From an uncultured Acidimicrobiaceae bacterium (lineage in GTDB: Bacteria > Actinomycetota > Acidimicrobiia > Acidimicrobiales > RAAP-2): 64,000 nucleotides of DNA. Every line of letters starts with the position of its first letter. The stretch's first letter is position 1. The stretch spans positions 172,459 to 236,458 of the forward strand of contig CAVTTR010000005.1 of the NCBI GenBank assembly GCA_963737745.1, written 5' to 3'. Shown here one piece after another: positions 55,986 to 64,000 of the stretch. The translations under genes and the position numbers were made by a program. A model generated the notes under the pieces. It was given only the letters and a program-made list of their open reading frames with translations. It was not told where the DNA came from and ran no database searches.

Positions 55986-57830
55986 CTAGGCCGGAGACCC
56001 GAAGAAGCTGGCGTCGCCAAAGGTGAAGATGCCGCCATCGGAGGCGACCATCATGTAGCCGCCGCCACTCTTGGTTGCGGCCATACCCACAATGGGCTTG
56101 TTCAGATGGATGGAACCGGTCGAGCCCAAGAACGCCGCGTCGCCGAAGGTGAAGATGCCGCCATCGGAGGCGACGAGCCAATAACCCTTGCCGTCGGGGG
56201 TGGCGGCCATGCCCACGATGGGCTTGTTGAGGTGGATGGCCCCGGTCGAGCCCAAAAATGCTGCGCCACCGAAGCTGAAGATGCCTCCGTCGGAGGCGAC
56301 CAACCAGTACCCATTGCCGTTGGGGGTGGCCGCCATGCCGACGATGGGCTGATTCAAGTGAATGGCGCCGGTGGAGCCGAAGTACCCGGCGTCGCCGAAG
56401 GTGAAGATGCCGCCATCGGAGGCGACCAGCCAGTACCCATTGCCGTCGGGGGTGGCCGCCATGCCGACGATGGGCTGATTCAAGTGGATGGCACCGGTGG
56501 AGCCGAAGTACCCCGCATCGCCGAAGGTGAAGATGCCGCCATCGGAGGCGACCAGCCAATAGCCCTTGCCGTCGGGGGTGGACGCCATGCCCACGATGGG
56601 CTTGTTGAGGTGGATGGCCCCGGTCGAGCCATCGAAGGCGGCGTCGCCGAAGCTGAAGATGCCCCCGTCGGACGCCACCAGCCAATATCCGCCGCTGTCG
56701 GCGGTGAAGGCGGTGCCCACCGCCGGGTTGTTGAGCCCGCCCTGGGGGGCGTCGGCACTGAAGGCGGCCTGGGTCACGAACAGGCGACGGGCGCCTCCGC
56801 ATGCGTAACTGGTGCAGCCGGCCGTCCACCCGCCGTAGACCAGCCAGTCGTTACCCGATGCATCGACGAACCACGAGCCTCCACCCGGTCCGGCCACCGA
56901 TCCGTAGGACGACACGATCGGGTTGGGGTCGGATTGGACACAGGTGCTCGTGGTTGTGGCACAGGCCGCCACACCTTCGGCGTAGCTCGATGAGGTGTAG
57001 ATCCCACCGCTGAACAAGAGGTAGAACTGCCCGCCGACGTAGAGCATGGAGGGATCCTCGACCGTGCTCTCCCAGGGGAACGAGTTCGTGTTGTTGTAGA
57101 AGATCTGGGTCGGGGTGCTCCCGGCCAAGAAGCCGGTACCGCTGCTGTTGAGCTCCTCGGTCCAGATGCGCGCCGGCTGCGACGAACCGCCGTCGTTGGA
57201 CTTCCAGACGAGCCAGGGGCTACCGCTCGTCGGATCGATGAAGGGGCTCGGGTCGATGGCGCCCCCCAGGCTCGTCTGGCACAGGAGCGGCCCGCTCGAG
57301 GAGTCGGTGAACGCGGCGTTGGTCGGACTGAGGGCTCTCGTCGTGGCCACCGAAAGGCAGTCGAACCCGGTGTCGCTGGCGTGGCCGGCCTGGGCCGCGT
57401 CGTAGAACATGACCCACTGGCCACCAAAACTGAAAACGCCCGGTGAGGTCTGCGTGTTGACGGCCTCCCACGCCGGCGTGGTGGGGAGGGCCGTCGATCC
57501 ATAGGTTTGCCCGGTGTTGCTGCGCCAACCCCCCGTGGGCGTGCCCGACGTGTCGACCAAGGCCTGGATGTGGTTGCCCAACGGGGTGCCGGTGCTGAAG
57601 GCGTAGTAGACGCCTCCCGACTCGACGACCTGAGGATCACCGGCATCACCGGCATAGGCCGGTGTGGCGGGGAGATTGAAGGAGAACTTGGCGGCCGCGT
57701 GGATCGGGACGGACCCGTTCGATGCGGGCGCAGCCGCCGGTACGGCGACGGTGGCCAGGACCACCGCGACCACAGCCACGATGAGGGCGCCGACGGCCAG
57801 AGCAGTGCGATCCGACAGGCTGCGAACCAC
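55986..57830 (-). CDS. Secreted protein: N-terminal GH43-like five-bladed propeller region plus six C-terminal 42-aa repeats
   Basis: Signal/TM segment ALAVGALIVAVVAVVLATVAVPAAA. The GH43-like stretch includes AIDPSPFIDP..G.PWLVWKS and VEDPSMLYVGGQFYLLFSGG. Six LN.PIVGMA.TP.G.GYWLVASDGGIF.FGDA.F.GS units follow. Confidence 0.7.
   Translation of the reverse strand: MVRSLSDRTALAVGALIVAVVAVVLATVAVPAAAPASNGSVPIHAAAKFSFNLPATPAYAGDAGDPQVVESGGVYYAFSTGTPLGNHIQALVDTSGTPTGGWRSNTGQTYGSTALPTTPAWEAVNTQTSPGVFSFGGQWVMFYDAAQAGHASDTGFDCLSVATTRALSPTNAAFTDSSSGPLLCQTSLGGAIDPSPFIDPTSGSPWLVWKSNDGGSSQPARIWTEELNSSGTGFLAGSTPTQIFYNNTNSFPWESTVEDPSMLYVGGQFYLLFSGGIYTSSSYAEGVAACATTTSTCVQSDPNPIVSSYGSVAGPGGGSWFVDASGNDWLVYGGWTAGCTSYACGGARRLFVTQAAFSADAPQGGLNNPAVGTAFTADSGGYWLVASDGGIFSFGDAAFDGSTGAIHLNKPIVGMASTPDGKGYWLVASDGGIFTFGDAGYFGSTGAIHLNQPIVGMAATPDGNGYWLVASDGGIFTFGDAGYFGSTGAIHLNQPIVGMAATPNGNGYWLVASDGGIFSFGGAAFLGSTGAIHLNKPIVGMAATPDGKGYWLVASDGGIFTFGDAAFLGSTGSIHLNKPIVGMAATKSGGGYMMVASDGGIFTFGDASFFGSPA
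55989..56735. repeat. Tandem 126-bp (42-codon) repeats, about 6 copies
   Basis: CCAGTACCCATTGCCGT recurs at 56304 and 56430 (period 126). Units 56304-56429 and 56430-56555 differ at only about 5 positions by eye. Confidence 0.85.
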
Positions 57831-57845
57831 AGGTCCTCGCGGCAG

Positions 57846-58736
57846 CTAGTCGAGTCCCCGCACGATGGACACCATCATTTCGCCGCACTCGGTCGGATTC
57901 TGCGTCACGAAGACGCCGGCCCCGGTCAGCGCATCCATTTTGGCCTGTGCCGTGCCTTGCGAGCCCGAGATAATGGCTCCGGCATGCCCCATTTTGCGGC
58001 CCGGAGGCGCGGTCACGCCCGCCACGTAGGCCGCCACCGGCTTGGTGACGTGGTTGGCGATGTACTCGGCCGCCCGCTCCTCTTCGGAGCCGCCGATCTC
58101 ACCGATCATCATGACGGCCTTGGTCTCGGGGTCGGCTTCGAAGGCGGCCAGGCAGTCGATGAAATTGGTGCCGGGGACGGGGTCGCCGCCGATGCCCACG
58201 CAGGTGGTCTGGCCGATGCCCTGCTGCGACAACTCGTGCAGGGCCTGGTAGGTCAGTGTGCCCGAACGGCTCACGATCCCGACCGGGCCACCGGCCAACG
58301 CGATGTCGCCCGAGGTGATCCCGATGTTGCACTTCCCGGGGGAAATGATGCCCGGGCAGTTCGGCCCGAGCAGGCGGGTGCCCGGGAAGTCGCGTACCAG
58401 CCGGTTGTAGGCCAGAGCCTCGTCCTGGGCCGGGATGCCCTCGGTGATGCAGACGATGAAGGAGATACCCGCTTCGGCTGCCTCCACAATGGCATCGGCC
58501 GCACCGCGCGGCGGGACCGAAATGAACGATGCGGTCGCCCCGGTCTCCTTCACCGCTTCGGCCACCGACGAGTACACGTCGATGCCCTCGATGACCTCTC
58601 CCCCGCGCTTGGGATTGGTACCGCCAACCACCTTGGTGCCGTAGGCCTTGTTGCGCAGGCCGTGGTAGAGGCCCTGGCTGGTCGGGCTGATGCCCTGGAT
58701 GACGACCTTGGTCGTCTCGTCAACGAAGATGCTCAC
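57846..58736 (-). CDS. sucD: Succinyl-CoA ligase subunit alpha
   Basis: VVIQGI.., GPNCPGII.PG.C.IGI, SRSGTLTY, MGHAGAII. Confidence 0.95.
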   Translation of the reverse strand: MSIFVDETTKVVIQGISPTSQGLYHGLRNKAYGTKVVGGTNPKRGGEVIEGIDVYSSVAEAVKETGATASFISVPPRGAADAIVEAAEAGISFIVCITEGIPAQDEALAYNRLVRDFPGTRLLGPNCPGIISPGKCNIGITSGDIALAGGPVGIVSRSGTLTYQALHELSQQGIGQTTCVGIGGDPVPGTNFIDCLAAFEADPETKAVMMIGEIGGSEEERAAEYIANHVTKPVAAYVAGVTAPPGRKMGHAGAIISGSQGTAQAKMDALTGAGVFVTQNPTECGEMMVSIVRGLD

Positions 58737-58762
58737 GTTTGTTTCCTTTGTTCCCTTCTGCC

Positions 58763-59905
58763 CTAGGCCTTGGCCAGGGCAACAGCGCGGCGGGCGGCGT
58801 CGAGCATGGTGGGCTCGGCGATCAAACTGTCGGAGAGATGGCCGGCCAGGAGGGCCCGGCCTTCGGTGGCGTTGGTGCCGTCGAGGCGCATGACGACCGG
58901 TGAGCTGAGCTTGACCCGGCTCATGGCCTCGATGATTCCCTTTGCCACCTCGTCGACCCGGGTGATGCCTCCAAAGATGTTGACGAAGATGGAGCGGACG
59001 GCCGGGTCGGCGTTGATGACCTCGAGGGCGGCGGCCATCACGTCGGCGTTGGCTCCCCCTCCGATGTCGAGGAAGTTGGCCGCTTCACCGCCGGCTTGGG
59101 TCACCACATCGAGCGTGCTCATGGCGAGCCCGGCCCCGTTGGCGATGATGCCCACCGAGCCCGAGAGGCCGATGTAGTTGAGGCCCCGCTCCTTGGCCAT
59201 CTTCTCCCGCGGGTCGGCGTCGGAGTCGTCGGCGAACTCCTCCCATTCGGGGTGGCGGAAGGTCGCATTCTCATCGAGCGTCACCTTGGCGTCGAGGGCG
59301 TGCACCTTGCCCTCGGGCGTGAGGATCAGCGGGTTTATCTCGGCCAGGTCGCAGTCCCCTTCGACATAGCAGTGGTACAACCGCACCAACAGCGTGGCCG
59401 CCTGCGCCCTGGCCTCGGGGTCGAGGTTGGCCCGGTCGACCCACTCCCGGGCCGTCTCCTCGTCGAGTCCGTCCAGCGGGTTGATGTGCAGCATGGCAAT
59501 GGCGTCGGGATTGGTGACCGCCACCTCTTCGATCTCAACCCCGCCCTCGGCCGACAGCATGCCGAGATGCTGCTTGTTGGGACGGTCCAAGGTGAAGCTG
59601 GCGTAATACTCCTTCTCGATGTCCGAGGCGTGCTCGACCCAGAGGCGCTTGACGACGTGGCCTTTGATGTCGAGCCCGATGATGTTCCCGGCGTGGAGGC
59701 GCACTTCGTCCGCGTCCGCCGCCAGCTTCACCCCGCCCGCCTTGCCCCGGCCTCCGACCTTGACCTGTGCCTTGACCACAACCGGGTAGCCGGCGGCATC
59801 CGCCTGTACGACCGCTTCGTCCACCGTGTCGGCCACTCCGCCGGGGGAGGTGGGTATGCCGAAGCGGGCGAAGTACTGCTTGCCCTGGTACTCGTAAAGA
59901 TCCAC
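58763..59905 (-). CDS. sucC: Succinyl-CoA ligase subunit beta
   Basis: MDLYEYQGKQYFARFGIP, VVKAQV..GGRGKAGGVK, ANFLDIGGGA. Confidence 0.95.
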   Translation of the reverse strand: MDLYEYQGKQYFARFGIPTSPGGVADTVDEAVVQADAAGYPVVVKAQVKVGGRGKAGGVKLAADADEVRLHAGNIIGLDIKGHVVKRLWVEHASDIEKEYYASFTLDRPNKQHLGMLSAEGGVEIEEVAVTNPDAIAMLHINPLDGLDEETAREWVDRANLDPEARAQAATLLVRLYHCYVEGDCDLAEINPLILTPEGKVHALDAKVTLDENATFRHPEWEEFADDSDADPREKMAKERGLNYIGLSGSVGIIANGAGLAMSTLDVVTQAGGEAANFLDIGGGANADVMAAALEVINADPAVRSIFVNIFGGITRVDEVAKGIIEAMSRVKLSSPVVMRLDGTNATEGRALLAGHLSDSLIAEPTMLDAARRAVALAKA

Positions 59906-60012
59906 TGCGGTTGCTTCTCCTTCTGTCGTGTCGCTCGGGGTGTGGCGTCGGGCGTGGTCGGATGGTCGGGTGGGGCGTTGGGCAGGCGCGTAGGTGCTGC
60001 GCCGAGGCGCGG

Positions 60013-60429
60013 TCAGGGTTGCAGGGCATCCTCGCGCGCGTCAAGGGTCTCTCCCAGCCAGCTGCCGATCGATTCGAGGGGCGCTCCGGGCGTGAAGACA
60101 GCGGCCACCCCTTGCTCCTTGAGCAGCGGGATGTCGTTCTCGGGAATGATCCCGCCCACAATGACGAGAACGTCGTCGCGCCCGGCGTCGGCCAAGAGCT
60201 GTACCACCCGTGGGACCAACGTCAGGTGGGCCCCCGAAAGGAGCGACAGACCAAGGGCATCGGCGTCTTCTTGAATCACCGCCTGGACCACCTGTTCGGG
60301 GGTCTGGTGGAGACCGGTGTACACCACCTCGAAGCCACTGTCTCGCAGGGCGCGGGCGATGACCTTCGCCCCACGGTCGTGGCCATCGAGCCCAGGCTTG
60401 GCGACCACAACCCTGTACGGACGCTTCAT
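60013..60429 (-). CDS. Standalone cobalamin (B12)-binding domain protein (methylmalonyl-CoA-mutase small-domain type)
   Basis: VVVAKPGLDGHDRGAKVIARALRDSGFEVVYTGLHQTPEQVV..A..EDADALGLS.LSG (DxHxxG motif). Start at ATG 60429. The 288-aa ORF in the track is an extension overlapping pcrA. Confidence 0.85.
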   Translation of the reverse strand: MKRPYRVVVAKPGLDGHDRGAKVIARALRDSGFEVVYTGLHQTPEQVVQAVIQEDADALGLSLLSGAHLTLVPRVVQLLADAGRDDVLVIVGGIIPENDIPLLKEQGVAAVFTPGAPLESIGSWLGETLDAREDALQP

Positions 60430-60499
60430 CAAGGCTCGATGATAGGGACGCCCCGCCAGCGACGCCAGACCAGGCACCCGTGCGGCGTCGTGGAGAGGC

Positions 60500-62986
60500 T
60501 CAGGCCTTCCGCAAAGGGGTGGCCGACAGGAGGAGGTTCTTCTTCCCCACCGACTCGAAGTCGACGGTGGCCTGGGCCCGTGAGCCCTCACCCTTGGCCT
60601 GGAGCACCACGCCCGGGCCCCAGTGGTCGTGCACGACGCGGTCGCCGGCCACGAGCCCCAGATCCTCGGCTCCGCTGCTGGCCCGTGGCCCCGCCGGCCG
60701 GGGTGGGAGCGGGCTACTCGGAAGGAACGAGCCGCCGGTGCGGCCGTCGTCAAAACCGCGGTCGTTGTAACGCCGGTCGTCATAACGCCGGTCGTCATAA
60801 CGGCTCGCGGTGGAAAGGTTGCGACTCTCCCGGGTCGAGAGGAGACCGACGTCTTTGACCATTTCGGTCGGGATCTCACCCAGGAAGCGACTCGGAATGT
60901 TCTGTTGCGTGCGCCCGAAGATGGTGCGCGTCCAGGCGTGCGACAAATTGAGATGGCGACGCGCCCGGGTAATGCCGACGTAGAAGAGACGCCGTTCTTC
61001 TTCGAGATCGGACGGCTCGCTGAGCGAGCGCAGGTGGGGGAAGATCCCGTCTTCGAGGCCGACCACGAAGACGGCCGGGAACTCGAGACCTTTGGCTGTG
61101 TGCAGGGTCATGAGGGAGACCCGGGTGCCGTCGCCATCGAGATCGTCGGAGTCGGCCACCAGCGCCACCGTCTCGAGGAAGCCGACCACATCGTCGAACT
61201 GGCCGGCCACGCTGCCCAACTCGGCGATGTTCTCGATACGCCCGTCGGACTCGTGCGTGTGCTCGGCCACCAATTCGGCCATGTAGCCCGTGCGGTCGGC
61301 CACCAACTGGATGAAATCCGCCGGGTTGACGGTCGAGACGAGCGGGCGGAGCTCGCCCAATGTCTTGGAGAGTCTTTGGGCCCCGCTGAGCGCCTTGCCG
61401 GTGAGCCCCGCCTCTTCGGCCCGGTCGATGGCCTCGCTGAAGGGCACCCGGTTGAGTTGGGCCCACGCGGCCAGGCGGGCTACCGACGTGTCGCCGATGC
61501 CACGCTTGGGCACGTTGACGATGCGGCGGGCCGAGACCTCGTCGTCGGGGTTGGCCAGCACCCTGATGTACGCCAGCACGTCCTTGACCTCGCGCCGGTC
61601 GTAGAACTTGGCCCCGCCGACCACCTTGTACGGGATGCCGGTGAAGATGAAGGAGTCCTCGAGGGCGCGGCTCTGGGCGTTGGTGCGGTAAAAGACGGCG
61701 ATGTCGCCCCAGGCCAATGCCTCGGCGGCCCGCAGGCGCAGGATCTCACCAGAAACCCACGAGGCCTCGTCGCGCTCGTCTTCGGCCCGGTAGCGCAAGA
61801 CCGGATCGCCGGCGTCCCCCACCGTGAAGAGCTCCTTGTTCGGGCGGTCGAGGTTGTTGGCTATCACCGCGTTGGCCACGTTGAGAATGGTCTGGGTCGA
61901 GCGGAAGTTCTGCTCCAACACGATGATGGTGGCGCTGGGGAAGGCCTGCTCGAACTCCAAGATGTTGCGGATGTCGGCCCCCCGCCACTTGTAGACCGAC
62001 TGGTCGGAGTCGCCGACCACGCACACGTTGCCGTGCTCCTGGCCCAGCTGCTGGATGATCTCGTTCTGCGCGTGGTTGGTGTCTTGGAACTCGTCCACCA
62101 GTATCTGGCTGAAGCGCTCCTGGTAGGACTGGCGCACATCGTCGCAGGCCTGCAGCAAGTTGGCCGTCACCATCAAAAGGTCGTCGAAATCAAGGGCGTT
62201 CGCCGCCAGCAGGCGTTGTTGATATTCGGCGTAGACATCAGCGATCTTGCGCTGGAACGGGTCGTACTCCTGGCGCGCCGTCTCCCGAAAGGTCTCGAAG
62301 TCGATGAGCTCGGACTTGGCCTGGCCGATGACGGCAGCGACGGTGCGAGGGGGGAGACGTTTCGTATCGAGCCCCATCTCCGACACGATCATCTCGATCA
62401 GGCGGCGTGTGTCGGTGTCGTCGTACACCGTGAAATTCGGCCGGTAGCCCAACCGTTGGGCATGGCTCCGCAGTATGCGCAGACACGACGAGTGGAACGT
62501 CGAGACCCACATCTTCTCGGCCCGCGGCCCGACCAGCTCGGCCACCCGCTTGCGCATCTCCTCGGCCGCCTTGTTGGTGAAGGTGATGGCGAGGACACCC
62601 CAGGGGGGCGCGTCGCCGGTCGCCAGGAGGTGGGCGATGCGCCGGGTCAGGACCCTCGTCTTCCCCGAGCCGGCACCGGCGACCACCAGGAGCGGTCCCC
62701 CACGGTGCACAACGGCAGCACGTTGGGGCAGGGTCAGGCCTTCGAGAAGGAGGGCGGCGGCCGACCCGCCGGGAAGCGGACGGCGATCCGGTGGCGGTCC
62801 GGCGGCATCGGCGTCGTTCTCGGTTTCCGCTGCGATGTCGACCCCGGCGGCCGCCAGAGCATCGGCGGCCGCTGCGGCACCGGCCTCGTCGTCTCCAAGG
62901 GTGTCGCCAGCGTACGTAGAGCTGTCAGCATCGATCGCGAAGAGTGGAGGGGTACTGCCGCTCTTGGAGCCTCTGCTCACTCCCAC
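60500..62986 (-). CDS. pcrA: ATP-dependent DNA helicase PcrA/UvrD
   Basis: [44 protein letters not shown]-terminal Tudor-like [14 protein letters not shown]. 828 aa. Confidence 0.92.
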   Translation of the reverse strand: MGVSRGSKSGSTPPLFAIDADSSTYAGDTLGDDEAGAAAAADALAAAGVDIAAETENDADAAGPPPDRRPLPGGSAAALLLEGLTLPQRAAVVHRGGPLLVVAGAGSGKTRVLTRRIAHLLATGDAPPWGVLAITFTNKAAEEMRKRVAELVGPRAEKMWVSTFHSSCLRILRSHAQRLGYRPNFTVYDDTDTRRLIEMIVSEMGLDTKRLPPRTVAAVIGQAKSELIDFETFRETARQEYDPFQRKIADVYAEYQQRLLAANALDFDDLLMVTANLLQACDDVRQSYQERFSQILVDEFQDTNHAQNEIIQQLGQEHGNVCVVGDSDQSVYKWRGADIRNILEFEQAFPSATIIVLEQNFRSTQTILNVANAVIANNLDRPNKELFTVGDAGDPVLRYRAEDERDEASWVSGEILRLRAAEALAWGDIAVFYRTNAQSRALEDSFIFTGIPYKVVGGAKFYDRREVKDVLAYIRVLANPDDEVSARRIVNVPKRGIGDTSVARLAAWAQLNRVPFSEAIDRAEEAGLTGKALSGAQRLSKTLGELRPLVSTVNPADFIQLVADRTGYMAELVAEHTHESDGRIENIAELGSVAGQFDDVVGFLETVALVADSDDLDGDGTRVSLMTLHTAKGLEFPAVFVVGLEDGIFPHLRSLSEPSDLEEERRLFYVGITRARRHLNLSHAWTRTIFGRTQQNIPSRFLGEIPTEMVKDVGLLSTRESRNLSTASRYDDRRYDDRRYNDRGFDDGRTGGSFLPSSPLPPRPAGPRASSGAEDLGLVAGDRVVHDHWGPGVVLQAKGEGSRAQATVDFESVGKKNLLLSATPLRKA
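60756..60800. repeat. Three tandem 15-bp units (two identical) encoding [10 protein letters not shown] inside pcrA
   Basis: CCGCGGTCGTTGTAA, CGCCGGTCGTCATAA, CGCCGGTCGTCATAA on the plus strand. The protein reads [20 protein letters not shown]. Confidence 0.85.
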
Positions 62987-64000
62987 TCGATCGTGCCGGG
63001 CGGCTTCGACGTCACATCGAGCGCCACCCGGTTGACGCCTTCGACCTCATTGATGATGCGTGAGGACATGCGCTCGACCAGGTCATAGGGCAAGCGGGCC
63101 CAGTCGGCCGTCATCGCGTCGTCGCTCGTCACGGCCCGAATGACGATGGGGTAGGCGTACGTGCGCCCATCGCCCATGACGCCGACCGTCCGCACGGCGG
63201 GCAGCACGGCGAAGCTCTGCCACAGTTCACGGTAAAGCCCGGCGCGCCGGATCTCCTCGACCACAATGGCGTCGGCATTGCGCAGGATCTCGGCCCTCTC
63301 CGGTGTGACCTCGCCGATGATGCGCACGCCCAGACCAGGACCGGGGAACGGCTGGCGCCACACGATGTCATGGGGCAGCCCGAGCTCCTCGCCCACCGCC
63401 CGCACTTCGTCCTTGAAGAGAAGGCGCAGCGGCTCGACGAGGTCGAAGGCCAGATCGTCCGGCAACCCACCCACGTTGTGATGCGACTTGATATTGGCCG
63501 CGGTGTCGCTCCCCGACTCGATCACGTCGGGGTACAACGTGCCCTGGACCAAGAACGCCGGTCCGGCACTGCCGCCGCCGGCATCACCCGCTCCCATGTC
63601 GCGCGCCACCTCTTCGAAGATCCGGATGAACAGTTCGCCGATGATCTTGCGCTTGCGCTCGGGATCGCTCACTCCTTCCAGGGCGGAGAAGTAACGGTCG
63701 GCCGCCTTCACGTGCACCAGGTCGATCTTGAACTGGCGACGGAACGTGTCCTCGACCTGATCGGCCTCACCGGCCCGCATCAGGCCGGTGTCCACGAAGA
63801 CACAGGTGAGCTGATCGCCGATGGCTTTGTGCACCAACGCCGCCGCCACGGCCGAGTCGACGCCGCCGCTCAGGGCGCACAACACACGCTCGCTGCCGAC
63901 CTGCGCCTGTACCGCGGCCACCTGCTGCTCGATGATGGAGACATGGGTCCACGAGGGGAGGCACCCGCAGGCATCGAGGAGGAAGCGCTCGAAGATCTCA
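62977..64000 (-). CDS. guaA: GMP synthase (glutamine-hydrolysing), C-terminal ATP-pyrophosphatase part; 5' end beyond the window
   Basis: [19 protein letters not shown]-loop, ends ..KPPGTIEWE. The frame stays open upstream of the listed Met (..[13 protein letters not shown]..), all the way to the window edge. Confidence 0.92.
   Translation of the reverse strand, partial: EIFERFLLDACGCLPSWTHVSIIEQQVAAVQAQVGSERVLCALSGGVDSAVAAALVHKAIGDQLTCVFVDTGLMRAGEADQVEDTFRRQFKIDLVHVKAADRYFSALEGVSDPERKRKIIGELFIRIFEEVARDMGAGDAGGGSAGPAFLVQGTLYPDVIESGSDTAANIKSHHNVGGLPDDLAFDLVEPLRLLFKDEVRAVGEELGLPHDIVWRQPFPGPGLGVRIIGEVTPERAEILRNADAIVVEEIRRAGLYRELWQSFAVLPAVRTVGVMGDGRTYAYPIVIRAVTSDDAMTADWARLPYDLVERMSSRIINEVEGVNRVALDVTSKPPGTIEWE

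Noticed and set aside
60013-60879. 288-aa version of the B12-binding-domain ORF.
   Set aside because: Only the last 138 aa (from ATG 60429) match the domain. The extension overlaps the pcrA 3' end and looks like junk translation.

Overview
This 64-kb window is high-GC actinobacterial DNA. That placement rests on two WhiB-family genes and on gene order resembling Mycobacterium: UPF0182 / PDZ-Lon / DUF2342 / WhiB, and pcrA(uvrD1)-sucCD. All product calls come from reading the supplied translations against remembered family motifs; nothing was searched.

The window has two parts.

(1) Positions 1 to about 19.9 kb are accessory-type DNA. It carries small regulators (ArsR, two TetR, LuxR, MarR), SDRs, GNATs, VOC/glyoxalase genes, SRPBCC genes, an O-methyltransferase and an MBL-fold gene. 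At least ten of these can only be read by switching reading frame, and the O-methyltransferase needs about ten switches. The block ends in two insertion sequences next to an initiator tRNA-Met gene at 19907-19980. One IS encodes an rve-type DDE transposase and is flanked by seven copies of a 15-bp motif. The other is ISL3-family.

(2) Positions 20-64 kb are mostly intact core genes:
- An envelope and morphology neighbourhood: UPF0182, a DivIVA-domain protein, a PDZ-Lon protease, a HEAT-repeat protein, an orphan mreB, an HtrA-like protein without a catalytic triad, and a zincin-like protein with a degenerate HExxH.
- Two whiB genes flanking a frameshifted formimidoyltransferase.
- A vWA plus ChlI-like AAA+ pair.
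- LysR plus an Sdh1-type succinate dehydrogenase.
- An FtsX permease with no ATPase partner.
- A translationally coupled ATP-grasp / alpha-E / transglutaminase operon, whose ATP-grasp protein ends in a Q12 tract.
- mdh, icd, and a purN-purH-folD-cupin-metF operon.
- A secreted GH43-like protein with six 42-aa repeats.
- sucCD, a standalone B12-binding domain, pcrA and partial guaA.

No CRISPR array, rRNA or recognisable riboswitch was seen. The most notable leads are the indel-saturated island, the multi-repeat IS, the ATP-grasp peptide-modification operon with extra ACT and TraR/DksA genes, and the pair of apparently inactive peptidase homologues beside mreB.
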